Below are positions 55,136-64,000 of a stretch of 64,000 nucleotides of DNA, piece by piece. A model generated the notes under the pieces. It was given only the letters and a program-made list of their open reading frames with translations. It was not told where the DNA came from and made no database searches. Source of the DNA: an uncultured Desulfarculus sp. (lineage in GTDB: Bacteria > Desulfobacterota > Desulfarculia > Desulfarculales > Desulfarculaceae); NCBI GenBank assembly GCA_963665125.2, contig CAXXUK010000001.1, positions 2,368,001 through 2,432,000 on the forward strand, given 5' to 3'. Numbering within the stretch: position 1 is the first letter of the stretch; each line of letters begins with the position of its first letter. The position numbers were made by a program, and so were the translations under genes.

Positions 55136-58100
55136 TTATTTACCCCACTCCAGGCTGTAGAAGATATCCATACCCGTATCGCGGGTGTCGCCGACCTGGC
55201 TCTCCACGGACCAATGGCGGCTGAACTGATACTCCAAGCCCACGTTTTGGCCGCCCTCGCTGCCCAGATTCTTGCGGTAACGCAGATACAAGTCATCGTT
55301 GATGTATTTTCCGGCCTCCAAAGACGCGCCGTATTGGGCGCTGTCGTGCACGGTGATGACATCCGGGGAGAACTCCGGTCCGATGATGCGGCGCAGGGCC
55401 CGGCTGCCCTGGGAACCCAACAGGGCGATGGCCTGGGCCGAAAGGTAGTTCTGTTGGTCGCCGCTGAGTTCGCTGGCCGGGTGACCGAACACAATGGTGC
55501 TGAGCAGGTCGGCCTGGTTCATCGGCGGCTGGGAACTCAAGTTTATCGTGGGGTTGGAGGTGGTTCCTGATATCAAGGCGAACACCTCTATGCTGCCCAT
55601 CTTGAGCTTGGCTTCCAGATCCATATCCGGGTCGATATTTTGTTTGTAGCCGAAATCCAGGACGCCGCGCACAAGCTGCACTCTGCGGCCGTAGATCAGA
55701 ATCAAACCGTTTACCAGCTTGATTTTCCCGCCGTAGGAAATCCATTCACCGGCCTGCTTCTTGATGGTCATGGCCCCGCTCAAGCTGAACCAGCCGTCCT
55801 TTATGTCGATGCGCAGACCACGGTTGAGGTCGATGGCCGCATCAACGGCAAGGCTGCCCAACCAGCCCGTGGGCCGCCACTGGCTCTTGTTATGGCCGAT
55901 TGGCGGCGGCTCCTGGCCCGGCCGCATGATCACCACCTCTTCCATGTCCGCCGCGGAGAGCATGTGATACCGGATAAAGGCCTTGAACGGTTCGATCTTG
56001 CCGCTAAGTTCGGGCTGGTCCAGCGGCCCTTTCAGGGCCAGATCCACGGCCATGCGAACCCACCCCAGTTCACCAAGGCTTATCTTCACGTCCGGCCCGC
56101 CCAGGTGCAGATCATAGCTGCCCTTTTGGGCCCGGGGCAGTTGAATCTCGCCGCTGAGTTCCAGCGGCGAATCGTCAATGGCGGCGGAAAGCTTGAATTG
56201 CCGGATGTGGATCGTCCGGTCCTGCAATTCCAAATTGATATTGATGTGCCTGGGGCCTTGCCCGGTCTGGGGGATGATAAACGAAGCGTCAGTGATCGAC
56301 AGTTGGCCGCTCAAATTGGGCGCGTCCCACGAGCCGCGGCAATCAACCGACACCGAAAGCATGCCCTTTGGGTTGTAGATCCACGGCAGATACCCGCTGA
56401 GGGCGGCCAGGGGCAGCTTGTCGGCCCAGAGCCTTGCAGTCATGCCTTTATCCGTGGGTTCGACCACTGGCGGCCGAAGGCTGATCTCCAAACCCAACTG
56501 CGCCGTGAAGGTCAGCAACGGTTTGCCCTGGGCCACGACCTCTCCGTTCAGCTCCAGTTGATCCTCGCCATAGCGGCCCTGGAAACGGAAATCGCAATCC
56601 GGCAGATGAGGCCCGCCGATTTCATCCACAACGCCGCTGATAACGGCCACCGGCGAGTCAAGCTTGCCGGAAAGGCTGGCCCGTCCGGTCAACTTGCCCC
56701 TGGCGACCGATCCCCCCGTGACGCTTTGGAACGTCGCGACGGCAATATCCTGCAGACGCAGTTGGGCGTCCACCGGACCGGCCAGATCGACCTTGCCGTC
56801 CAGCCATGCCTTTTGACCGTTTTGGCCCATTTGCAGTCCGGACACGGCAAATCCGCCACTGCTGATGGACAATCTGGCTTTGCCGTCCTGCTGCCAGCGG
56901 CCGACATCCTCGTTCCAGATATCGAGTCCGCTCAAGGTGCTGTTTTCCGGCAACCATGCGCCGGTCTCATGCTGGAGCGTGCCGCCGGCCGTTAGGCTCT
57001 TGCCGGTCATTTGAAAATCCAGGCGGCTGTTGTCAGGCAGGCGGGTGTACTTGATCTGGGCTGAAGCCAGGTCCACATCGCCGCTTATCAGGTCTTCTGC
57101 CGTGATTAAAAACGCCCCCGTGGGCCTGCCGGCAGGGTCCTTGATATCGGCCTTAAATTCAAAAAAACTGGCTATCAGATTCGGCGTCTGCAATTCACGG
57201 CACTGGATCTGGGCCTTGATGGCAGGATTGCGCCACGGCCCGGCCATCCGGGCCTTCAGCGTCGCCTGGCCGTGATAACCGGCGTTTTCCAGCAGGCCCG
57301 CAGCCTTGGCCGCAAGGGCCAGGTTGACCAGGTCCGAGGTTGTCAGGGTCAGCTCGATATCAGCCCGATCGGCGTCAAATGTCCCCGACGCGCTCAATTG
57401 CCCCCAGCCAAGATCGGCGTCCATGGAGTCAAGGCCCACGGCCTCGCCGTCCAGGCGGCATGAAACCTGGAGGCCGGGTAAATCAACGCCCGAGGCCAGG
57501 CAGCAGTTGCCCAGGCTCAGTCCCAGGGAAAGACGGCCGTCCTTGCGGTCCAACAAAGCCTGGCCACTGAGCTGGACGCCCGCGGCCCATTTAGGCAGGA
57601 TGTCGTTTAAAAACGGCGGAGGGCACATCTGGACGAAACGCACCTCGGCCCGTTTTAGACCGGCCAGTCCCTTGCCCAGATGGCATTGCATGCCGCCGGT
57701 CAAAGCGCCCCAGGGGGCCTTGAATTCAACCTTTTCAAGCGTACACTCTTCCCCGACAAGACCCAGGTGTCCCTTTACATCGGCCTTGAGTGCGGGCCAG
57801 GCGATCTTTATATCCATGGCGTTGAACGGGCCGTCGACTTCGATATCGGCATCACCGGCCTGGGTCGGCACATGACTGGGCCAGGGCAACCCGGCCCTAT
57901 CGAGGCCCCTGGCCCGGATATTGCCCTTTATCACCACGGTTGAGGTCCAGTCGACGATCACGCCGCCCTGCACATTGGCCTCGCCGCCGGTCAGCTTCAA
58001 CTTGGCCAGGACCAGCTTGTCGCCGTCCAGTTCCGCTTGGCCGGACAGGCCTATCTTTGGGGCAATGTCCTCCAGGGACCATTGGCTTTGGTCTATGAAG

Positions 58101-58639
58101 CCGTCAACCGATACCTTGCCCCCCTCCACGATCAAGCCGCCACGCAGCTTTATGCCTGACACCTCCGAAACCGGCCCCATCATTCCGCCGGAGCGCAGCG
58201 CGGCGTTGTTCAGTATGATGCGTTTGATCTTCAGGGCAAAATCACTATCGCCGCCGCTTCCTCCGCCGCCCAGGCCGGAGACACCTGGCAGATCGACCCA
58301 GACATCCCGGCCCATAACGGAGGATATCTCCAATTCGTCTCCCAGAAGCGCGAACAGGCTGTAGGCCAGGGAAAGTTCCCCGGCGGTCACCAGGGGACGG
58401 CCGTCCTTGCTCAGGGCCACGTTCCTGACTCGCAGGCCGCCGAGAATGGACCCTCCCAGTTCATCAAAGGTCAACTCGGCCCCAAGGGCTTGGCCCGCCG
58501 CCTGTTTTATCTGCTGGGCCAGCCATTGCCTGGCGGGCGGCGTCTGCAACACGGCCATGCCGCCCAGCAGCACCAACGCAATCAATCCGCCCACGGCCAC
58601 CGTCAGCCAAGCTATTACCCTGTTGATGCGAACGGCCAT
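55136..58639 (-). CDS. tamB: Translocation/assembly module TamB
   Basis: 1167 aa; N-terminal TM, beta-rich, C-terminal DUF490-like (LSSQPPM.Q.D.LS, GKYI.DDLY). Confidence 0.88.
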   Translation of the reverse strand: MAVRINRVIAWLTVAVGGLIALVLLGGMAVLQTPPARQWLAQQIKQAAGQALGAELTFDELGGSILGGLRVRNVALSKDGRPLVTAGELSLAYSLFALLGDELEISSVMGRDVWVDLPGVSGLGGGGSGGDSDFALKIKRIILNNAALRSGGMMGPVSEVSGIKLRGGLIVEGGKVSVDGFIDQSQWSLEDIAPKIGLSGQAELDGDKLVLAKLKLTGGEANVQGGVIVDWTSTVVIKGNIRARGLDRAGLPWPSHVPTQAGDADIEVDGPFNAMDIKIAWPALKADVKGHLGLVGEECTLEKVEFKAPWGALTGGMQCHLGKGLAGLKRAEVRFVQMCPPPFLNDILPKWAAGVQLSGQALLDRKDGRLSLGLSLGNCCLASGVDLPGLQVSCRLDGEAVGLDSMDADLGWGQLSASGTFDADRADIELTLTTSDLVNLALAAKAAGLLENAGYHGQATLKARMAGPWRNPAIKAQIQCRELQTPNLIASFFEFKADIKDPAGRPTGAFLITAEDLISGDVDLASAQIKYTRLPDNSRLDFQMTGKSLTAGGTLQHETGAWLPENSTLSGLDIWNEDVGRWQQDGKARLSISSGGFAVSGLQMGQNGQKAWLDGKVDLAGPVDAQLRLQDIAVATFQSVTGGSVARGKLTGRASLSGKLDSPVAVISGVVDEIGGPHLPDCDFRFQGRYGEDQLELNGEVVAQGKPLLTFTAQLGLEISLRPPVVEPTDKGMTARLWADKLPLAALSGYLPWIYNPKGMLSVSVDCRGSWDAPNLSGQLSITDASFIIPQTGQGPRHININLELQDRTIHIRQFKLSAAIDDSPLELSGEIQLPRAQKGSYDLHLGGPDVKISLGELGWVRMAVDLALKGPLDQPELSGKIEPFKAFIRYHMLSAADMEEVVIMRPGQEPPPIGHNKSQWRPTGWLGSLAVDAAIDLNRGLRIDIKDGWFSLSGAMTIKKQAGEWISYGGKIKLVNGLILIYGRRVQLVRGVLDFGYKQNIDPDMDLEAKLKMGSIEVFALISGTTSNPTINLSSQPPMNQADLLSTIVFGHPASELSGDQQNYLSAQAIALLGSQGSRALRRIIGPEFSPDVITVHDSAQYGASLEAGKYINDDLYLRYRKNLGSEGGQNVGLEYQFSRHWSVESQVGDTRDTGMDIFYSLEWGK

Positions 58640-60516
58640 TAGAACGCCTGCCCCACGCTCAGGTAAAAATCATTGTCCGCGATGTTGGCGTCGGGGTCCG
58701 GGTTGAGTTGGAAGCCCCAGTCGACGCGCAAAGGCCCCACGGGTGTGTTGTAACGAAGGCCCAAACCAGCGGTATAACGCAGATCGCCGAAACTCATGAC
58801 GTCGATATCTTCATAGGCGTTGCCGGCATCGACAAAAACAACGCCGCCCAACTCCTGCCACAGCGGAAAACGCAATTCCAGGTTGCCCACCAGCATGGCT
58901 TCGCCGCCCAGGGGATTGCCCGATGAATCCAGCGGCCCAAGGCGCTGATAGGGATAGCCGCGCACAGAGTCAAAGCCGCCCGGGAAAAAGCGCCGGATAA
59001 GGGGAACGCGGTAGGTGTCGCCATAGGTGATGGTCAATCCCGCCTCGGCCCGCAGGGCCACCTGCCACCTTTTATCGGCTGACACCGGAATGATTTGCGA
59101 GGCGCTGACAATGGGCCGGATGAAGTTGAGTTCCGATCCCATGCACGAACCGCTGGCCTCAATTTCCATGGAAATCAAGGCTCCATTGGTGGGATTGAGC
59201 ATGGAGTTGCGGGTGTCGAAAACAATGCCGCCTTTTAACGAAGAAATCAAAAATGTCTGTTTTTCGAATACCGGGTCGGGCACCGCTGATTTCAGATCCA
59301 CCATTATGGAGCGTTCCCAGAGATAGCCGCCCCAAACCTTGGCGTATTTGCCGAACTGCGCCTCCAAAATCGGCGAGGCAAAGTAATTCCTGCTCTGGTA
59401 GGCCTCCTCGTTGGGCTGCTCCACACCGCCGCGCAGGACAAAGTTGGTGTTTTGCCACGGCACATAGGGGATATGCACCACGCCGACCAGGCCCTGGTAT
59501 ATGCTGCTGACTTTGCCCTCCAGCCGAATTTCATCACCCAGGCCCAGCATGTTGCGGTTGGTCTGTTCAATGATCACCCGCAGGCTGTCCTCGGTGCCCC
59601 AGCCAAGGCCCAGGCGTATGCGGTGGGCCGGTCTTTCGGAGAGCGTAAGAGTAATGGGAACCTCGTTGTTTTTGGTCTTTTGATAGTCGGGAACGAACAC
59701 GGCGGTGGCAAAAAAGCCGGAGCTAAGCAGGGTCTGCTGGGAGGCGCTCATGGACGCGGCGCTGAAGGGCTGTCCCTTTTTGAACTTGAGCAGGCGCCTG
59801 ACATATTTATCACTCAGCGATTTGTTGCCGGTAATGGTGACGTCGCCGAATATGTACTTCGGTCCCGGATCAACCACCAAAATCACGTCCGCCGCTAATT
59901 CCTTGGGATATACCCGGACCTGACCGGCCACGGCGGCCTTGGGAAAGGCGTTGTCGGCCAGTTTTTCATGGACCCGTTGTTTGGCCTTTTCGTACTCCTC
60001 CAGGGAAAACCTTTTTCCGGTCTCTATGCCCGCCGCCTTTTTCAGAATCGGCTGCCATTGTTTCTGGTCGGCCTGGTCGGGCAGCCGTATTTCAATGCTG
60101 CGAAACAGCGTCGGCTGTCCCTCATGCACCTGGTAGACAAGCAGCATGCGGTCCTGGCCCATAATCATGGGGCTGAGCAAAACGCGCACGTTGACGTCGA
60201 AAAATCCGTAGCGCTCGTACACGCTCTTCATGCGCTTTATATCCCTGGAGGCCGCCAGGGGGTCGTAGAGTTCCTGCTGGCCCACCTGGAAACGTGACCG
60301 AGGAGAATACTCGAGGACGTTTTCCAGGTCTTTTTGGGGGAGGTTGTCCACCCCATCCAGACGCACCTCACCCAACACCACCCGACCCGAGGGATCGGGC
60401 AGGGGGTACTGATTGTCCGGCACCGGCATGGTGGGTTCGTCGGCATGGCACGGCGCCGCCAAACCAGCCGCGAATATGGCCATTATCAAGGCTATGATGG
60501 GAATAAGTCTAAACAT
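58639..60516 (-). CDS. tamA: TamA/BamA-family outer membrane protein
   Basis: Signal peptide, POTRA domains, GG.DSVRGY, LELRFP, GLRYNTPVGPLRVD, C-terminal GQAF; coupled to tamB. Confidence 0.9.
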   Translation of the reverse strand: MFRLIPIIALIMAIFAAGLAAPCHADEPTMPVPDNQYPLPDPSGRVVLGEVRLDGVDNLPQKDLENVLEYSPRSRFQVGQQELYDPLAASRDIKRMKSVYERYGFFDVNVRVLLSPMIMGQDRMLLVYQVHEGQPTLFRSIEIRLPDQADQKQWQPILKKAAGIETGKRFSLEEYEKAKQRVHEKLADNAFPKAAVAGQVRVYPKELAADVILVVDPGPKYIFGDVTITGNKSLSDKYVRRLLKFKKGQPFSAASMSASQQTLLSSGFFATAVFVPDYQKTKNNEVPITLTLSERPAHRIRLGLGWGTEDSLRVIIEQTNRNMLGLGDEIRLEGKVSSIYQGLVGVVHIPYVPWQNTNFVLRGGVEQPNEEAYQSRNYFASPILEAQFGKYAKVWGGYLWERSIMVDLKSAVPDPVFEKQTFLISSLKGGIVFDTRNSMLNPTNGALISMEIEASGSCMGSELNFIRPIVSASQIIPVSADKRWQVALRAEAGLTITYGDTYRVPLIRRFFPGGFDSVRGYPYQRLGPLDSSGNPLGGEAMLVGNLELRFPLWQELGGVVFVDAGNAYEDIDVMSFGDLRYTAGLGLRYNTPVGPLRVDWGFQLNPDPDANIADNDFYLSVGQAF

Positions 60517-60639
60517 ATACCAGTCGATACCACGACACCGGCCCGATGGGAAGAAATCAGGGTTGAAGTTGATATTATAGTTGCTAAAACCAGTTGCGCA
60601 GCACGGTTTTTTGGGGTAGCCAGTGTTTCGGAGAAAAAA

Positions 60640-62358
60640 ATGGACTGGAAGAAAACAATGGCGGCCCGCCTGGCGGCGGCCAGGGGCGACAAACCGGCTG
60701 GACTGGTGTTTACCGGCGGCAACGTGGTCAACGTCTTCACCGGCCAAATCGAACAGACCGACCTTGCCGTCGACCATGGGGCCATCGTCGGTCTTGGCAG
60801 CTATGAAGGCGAAAAGGTCATCGACCTGGAAGGCGCCTTTCTGGCGCCGGGGTTTATCGACGGTCATTTGCACATAGAATCTTCCTTGCTTTATCCAGCC
60901 CAGTTCGCCAAGGCCGTCTGCCCCCTGGGCACCTCGGCCGTGGTGGCCGATCCCCACGAAATCACCAACGTGATGGGCGTGGAGGGTTTTTCGGCGATGA
61001 TCGACGCCTCGGAAAACCTGCCGGTCACCATCTTTTTCATGGCCTCGTCCTGCGTACCGGCCAGTTCGCTGCAAGACTCGGGCGCCGTTCTCTCGGCGGC
61101 GGAGTTGTCCCTGCTCGGCCGCCATCCCAGGGTCCTGGGGTTGGCCGAGATGATGAACTTTCCCGGAACCATGGCCGGAGCCCCGGATATCCTGGAAAAG
61201 CTGAAGGCCTTTAAGGGCCGACCCATCGACGGCCACGCCCCGCTGCTCAGAGGCAAAGGCCTCAACGCCTATATCTGCGCCGGCCCCAACAGCGACCACG
61301 AGTGCACCCGCTACAACGAAGCCGCCGAAAAGCTGGCCAAAGGCATGTGGCTGATGATCCGCCAAGGCACCCACGCCCACAATCTCAAGGATCTGCTGCC
61401 CCTGGTCACGCCGGTCACCGAACGGCGCTGCATGCTGGTCAGCGACGACCGGCAGGCCGACACAATCGCCCAGCGGGGCCACATGGACGACCTGTTGCGC
61501 CTGGCCGTGGACGGAGGCCTTGACCCGGTCACGGCCATTCGCCTGGTCACCCTCAACCCGGCCACCCGCTTTGGCCTGCGGGACCGGGGAGCCCTGGCTC
61601 CGGGTTACAGGGCCGACATCGTGGTTCTGGAAGACCTGCGCGATTTCCAGGTCAGCCGCGTTTATCACGGCGGCAAGCTGGTGGCCCGTAGCGGCCGCTG
61701 CACCCACCCCTGCGACCAGCCCTTCACGCCCACGGCCCGCCAGACCATGCATCTGCCTGAGTTGAAGCCCGACCTATTCAGAGTGCCCGTGGAAGGTCCC
61801 AAGGTCCGGGTCATCGAGCTGTTCAAGGACCAGATCATCACCGGCCAAGCCCTGGAGCGTACGCCGCAAAAGGGCGGCTATCTTGCCGCCGACCCCACCA
61901 GTGATCTGGCCCTGGCCTTTGTCATCGAACGCCACAAGGCGGGCGGCGCCAAAGGAGCCTGCCTGTTGCGGGGCCTGGGATTCAAATCCGGCGCCCTGGC
62001 CACCAGCGTAGCCCACGACTGCCACAATCTGGTCCTGGCCGGTTCCGACGAAGACTCCCTGCTGGCTGCGGCAAGGGCCGTGGCCGAAATGGGCGGCGGA
62101 TTGGCCGTGGCCAGGGAGGGCATGGTTCTGGCCAAACTGCCCCTGCCCCTGGCCGGCCTGATGAGCGACCAGCCCTATGACCACGTGGCAGCCGAGATCA
62201 GCGAAATCGATCTAGCCGCCGCCCAGGTCTGCAGGATGCCAAGCCCGTTCATGGCCCTGTCCTTCATCGCCCTGGAGGTCATCCCCCACCTGAAGCTCAC
62301 CGACCGTGGCCTGGTGGACGTGGATCAATTCAAACCGGTGGATCTTTTCGTGGAATAG
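60640..62358 (+). CDS. ade: Adenine deaminase
   Basis: PGFIDGHLHIESS, ADPHEI.NV, EMMNFPG, DGHAP, DHEC, SVAHD.HN, LEVIPHLKLTD. Confidence 0.95.
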   Translation: MDWKKTMAARLAAARGDKPAGLVFTGGNVVNVFTGQIEQTDLAVDHGAIVGLGSYEGEKVIDLEGAFLAPGFIDGHLHIESSLLYPAQFAKAVCPLGTSAVVADPHEITNVMGVEGFSAMIDASENLPVTIFFMASSCVPASSLQDSGAVLSAAELSLLGRHPRVLGLAEMMNFPGTMAGAPDILEKLKAFKGRPIDGHAPLLRGKGLNAYICAGPNSDHECTRYNEAAEKLAKGMWLMIRQGTHAHNLKDLLPLVTPVTERRCMLVSDDRQADTIAQRGHMDDLLRLAVDGGLDPVTAIRLVTLNPATRFGLRDRGALAPGYRADIVVLEDLRDFQVSRVYHGGKLVARSGRCTHPCDQPFTPTARQTMHLPELKPDLFRVPVEGPKVRVIELFKDQIITGQALERTPQKGGYLAADPTSDLALAFVIERHKAGGAKGACLLRGLGFKSGALATSVAHDCHNLVLAGSDEDSLLAAARAVAEMGGGLAVAREGMVLAKLPLPLAGLMSDQPYDHVAAEISEIDLAAAQVCRMPSPFMALSFIALEVIPHLKLTDRGLVDVDQFKPVDLFVE

Positions 62359-62428
62359 GCCGCCCCGGCCGCCACAGCTTTGCACGGCATGGCAAAATAA
62401 TGCTAAGCTTTCCACGGAGGTGCGCGAT

Positions 62429-63766
62429 ATGACCGACGACAACGGCTGGCTGGAAAACACCGACCGCAAAATCCTCAACTGGCTCTGGCGCAAAGGCAGA
62501 CCCACCAAGGGCGTGGCCATGTGGGGCCAATATGCCTTGCAGGTGGCTTATCTTTCCATGCGAAACTTCGTCGGCCGTAGTCTTTCGTTTCAGGCCAGCG
62601 CCCTGACCTTCATCACCATCCTGGGCCTGGTGCCGGCCCTGGCCATCAGCTTTTCCCTGGCCAAGGGCCTGGGGTTCGCCGATTCCATGAGGGCCCTGTT
62701 GATCAATGAATACACCGCGGGCCAGCACGAGGTCATGGAGTACATCCTGTCCTATGTGGACCACACCAATGTCGGGGCCCTGGGCATCGTCGGTCTGGCC
62801 ATGCTGGTAATTTCGCTGGTATTGGCCCTGTCCAACGCTGAAAACGCCTTCAACCGCATCTGGGACATCAAGCAGACACGCACCATTTTCCGTAAGTTTA
62901 CCGATTACCTGTCAGTGTTGGTCATATGCCCCTTGATGATCGTAGCCGCCACGGGCATGTGGGCCGGCATGGCTTCCAACGAAGTGGTGCAATGGCTGAC
63001 CAATCAGGCCGTTATCGGCGAGGTGGCGTCCATGGGCCTGCGGCTGGGTCCATTGCTTATGCTGGCGCTGGGATTTATTTTCATGTATATGTTCTTGCCA
63101 AACACTAGGGTGCCGCTGGTGTCTGCCCTCATCGCCGGTGTGGTGGCTTCGGCCATGTGGTGGGGAGTGCAAAGCTTATACATCCAGTTCCAGGTTGGCG
63201 TTGCCAAATACAACGCCATCTATGGCGGTTTCGCGTCTCTGCCGTTGTTCCTTGTCTGGCTGCATGTCAGTTGGACGGTTGTGCTGTACGGCGCGGAGTT
63301 GGCCCATACGGATTATTTGTGCCGCAATGACATGATACCCGAAGCCGTGTTGCCGCCGATCTCGGCATCCAAACGCCAGGCCCTGACCATGGACCTGATG
63401 ATGCTCATCGCGCGGCGCTTTCACGGCGGGCAACTGGCATTGCCTCTCAATTCCCTGGCCAAGGAACTGGGCATCACCCGCAACCAGGCCGCTGGAGCGG
63501 CCGAGCCTCTGGTTCGTGCCGGTCTGTTGACGCCGCCTGACGACAACGACGTGATGATGCCCGCCCGTGACCTGAGCAGCATCAGCGCCCGGGAACTGGC
63601 CATCGCAGTTGGAGCGGGCATAGTGCCCGGCGCAGACAACGCCGCGGCCGATTCGGTTATCAGCGGCGTATTGGCCAAGCTTTGCAACGCCGTTGACGGC
63701 GCCCTGGGAGAAACAACGCTGCTGGACCTTGTCCGCATGCCGGAACCGGAGGTCCAGCGGCAATGA
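62429..63766 (+). CDS. YihY/virulence factor BrkB family membrane protein with C-terminal winged helix
   Basis: ASALTF.T.L..VP, E.AFN.IW, Y.FLPN, YNAIYG.FA.LP.FL.W...SW...LYGAE. Confidence 0.92.
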   Translation: MTDDNGWLENTDRKILNWLWRKGRPTKGVAMWGQYALQVAYLSMRNFVGRSLSFQASALTFITILGLVPALAISFSLAKGLGFADSMRALLINEYTAGQHEVMEYILSYVDHTNVGALGIVGLAMLVISLVLALSNAENAFNRIWDIKQTRTIFRKFTDYLSVLVICPLMIVAATGMWAGMASNEVVQWLTNQAVIGEVASMGLRLGPLLMLALGFIFMYMFLPNTRVPLVSALIAGVVASAMWWGVQSLYIQFQVGVAKYNAIYGGFASLPLFLVWLHVSWTVVLYGAELAHTDYLCRNDMIPEAVLPPISASKRQALTMDLMMLIARRFHGGQLALPLNSLAKELGITRNQAAGAAEPLVRAGLLTPPDDNDVMMPARDLSSISARELAIAVGAGIVPGADNAAADSVISGVLAKLCNAVDGALGETTLLDLVRMPEPEVQRQ

Positions 63767-63799
63767 AAACAGCAATTTACACCCAAGGCGTTTGCAACA

Positions 63800-64000
63800 A
63801 TGACCGATATGGACCAACCTGTCCCCGGCTCTTCCGGAGCCAAGAAACGTATCGAAGACCGCTTTGATCTTATTTGGAACCGAGTCGATTTCGGCCCGGT
63901 GAATCTGCTGCTCCCCGAGCTGAAAGACCCGATCAGCTATATCCAAAAATGCATGGAGGAAAAAGGCAGCACCGCCGACGACCTGCCGTTCTGGACCAAC
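63800..64000 (+). CDS. N-terminus of a probable Methyltransf_16-type SAM methyltransferase, truncated by window edge
   Basis: Open frame MTDMDQ...DDLPFWTN; LPFW precedes motif I in this family. Confidence 0.55.
   Translation, partial: MTDMDQPVPGSSGAKKRIEDRFDLIWNRVDFGPVNLLLPELKDPISYIQKCMEEKGSTADDLPFWTN

Noticed and set aside
60517..61752. Apparent 411-aa N-terminal extension of TamA
   Set aside because: Antisense to ade; a signal peptide begins at 60516.
1..64000. rRNA, tRNA, CRISPR arrays, prophage or transposase genes
   Set aside because: None recognised by eye; tRNAscan-SE, CRISPRCasFinder and ISEScan would be needed to exclude them formally.

Overview
A gene-dense, GC-rich bacterial chromosomal segment with about 65 CDS and no rRNA, tRNA, CRISPR array or transposase visible. 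Gene content suggests an anaerobic sulfate-reducer-type Desulfobacterota (former Deltaproteobacteria), possibly Desulfarculaceae-like; this is an inference. Housekeeping and metabolic genes include an ADP-forming acyl-CoA ligase, class II RNR (nrdJ), ogt, comEC, cobO, pcnB, suhB, dinB, gpgS-like, gatB-mtnA-ilvE, paaK, lexA, pncB, tamAB and ade. A sigma54 two-component system probably drives a fatty-acid-CoA ligase. A tungsten/molybdopterin aldehyde oxidoreductase neighbourhood contains moeA, aor, two ThiS/MoaD-like proteins, a ThiF-like E1, and mobB-like, modE-like and nifX-like genes. Most interesting unexplained signals: (1) a promoter-preceded, multi-stem RNA leader at about 54148-54245; (2) a sigma54-driven two-microprotein operon divergent from nrdJ; (3) a 71-aa protein with an N-terminal CxCC and 25 His behind a near-consensus promoter; (4) a Gly-Gly-less ubiquitin-like protein after aor, alongside a canonical one and a Cys-less E1; (5) a four-hairpin MITE-like element at 9911-10074; (6) an AT-rich Abi-alpha-like orphan gene; (7) a secreted four-repeat Cys/Trp protein; (8) several apparently leaderless genes. 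All family calls come from motif recognition by eye, with no database searches run.
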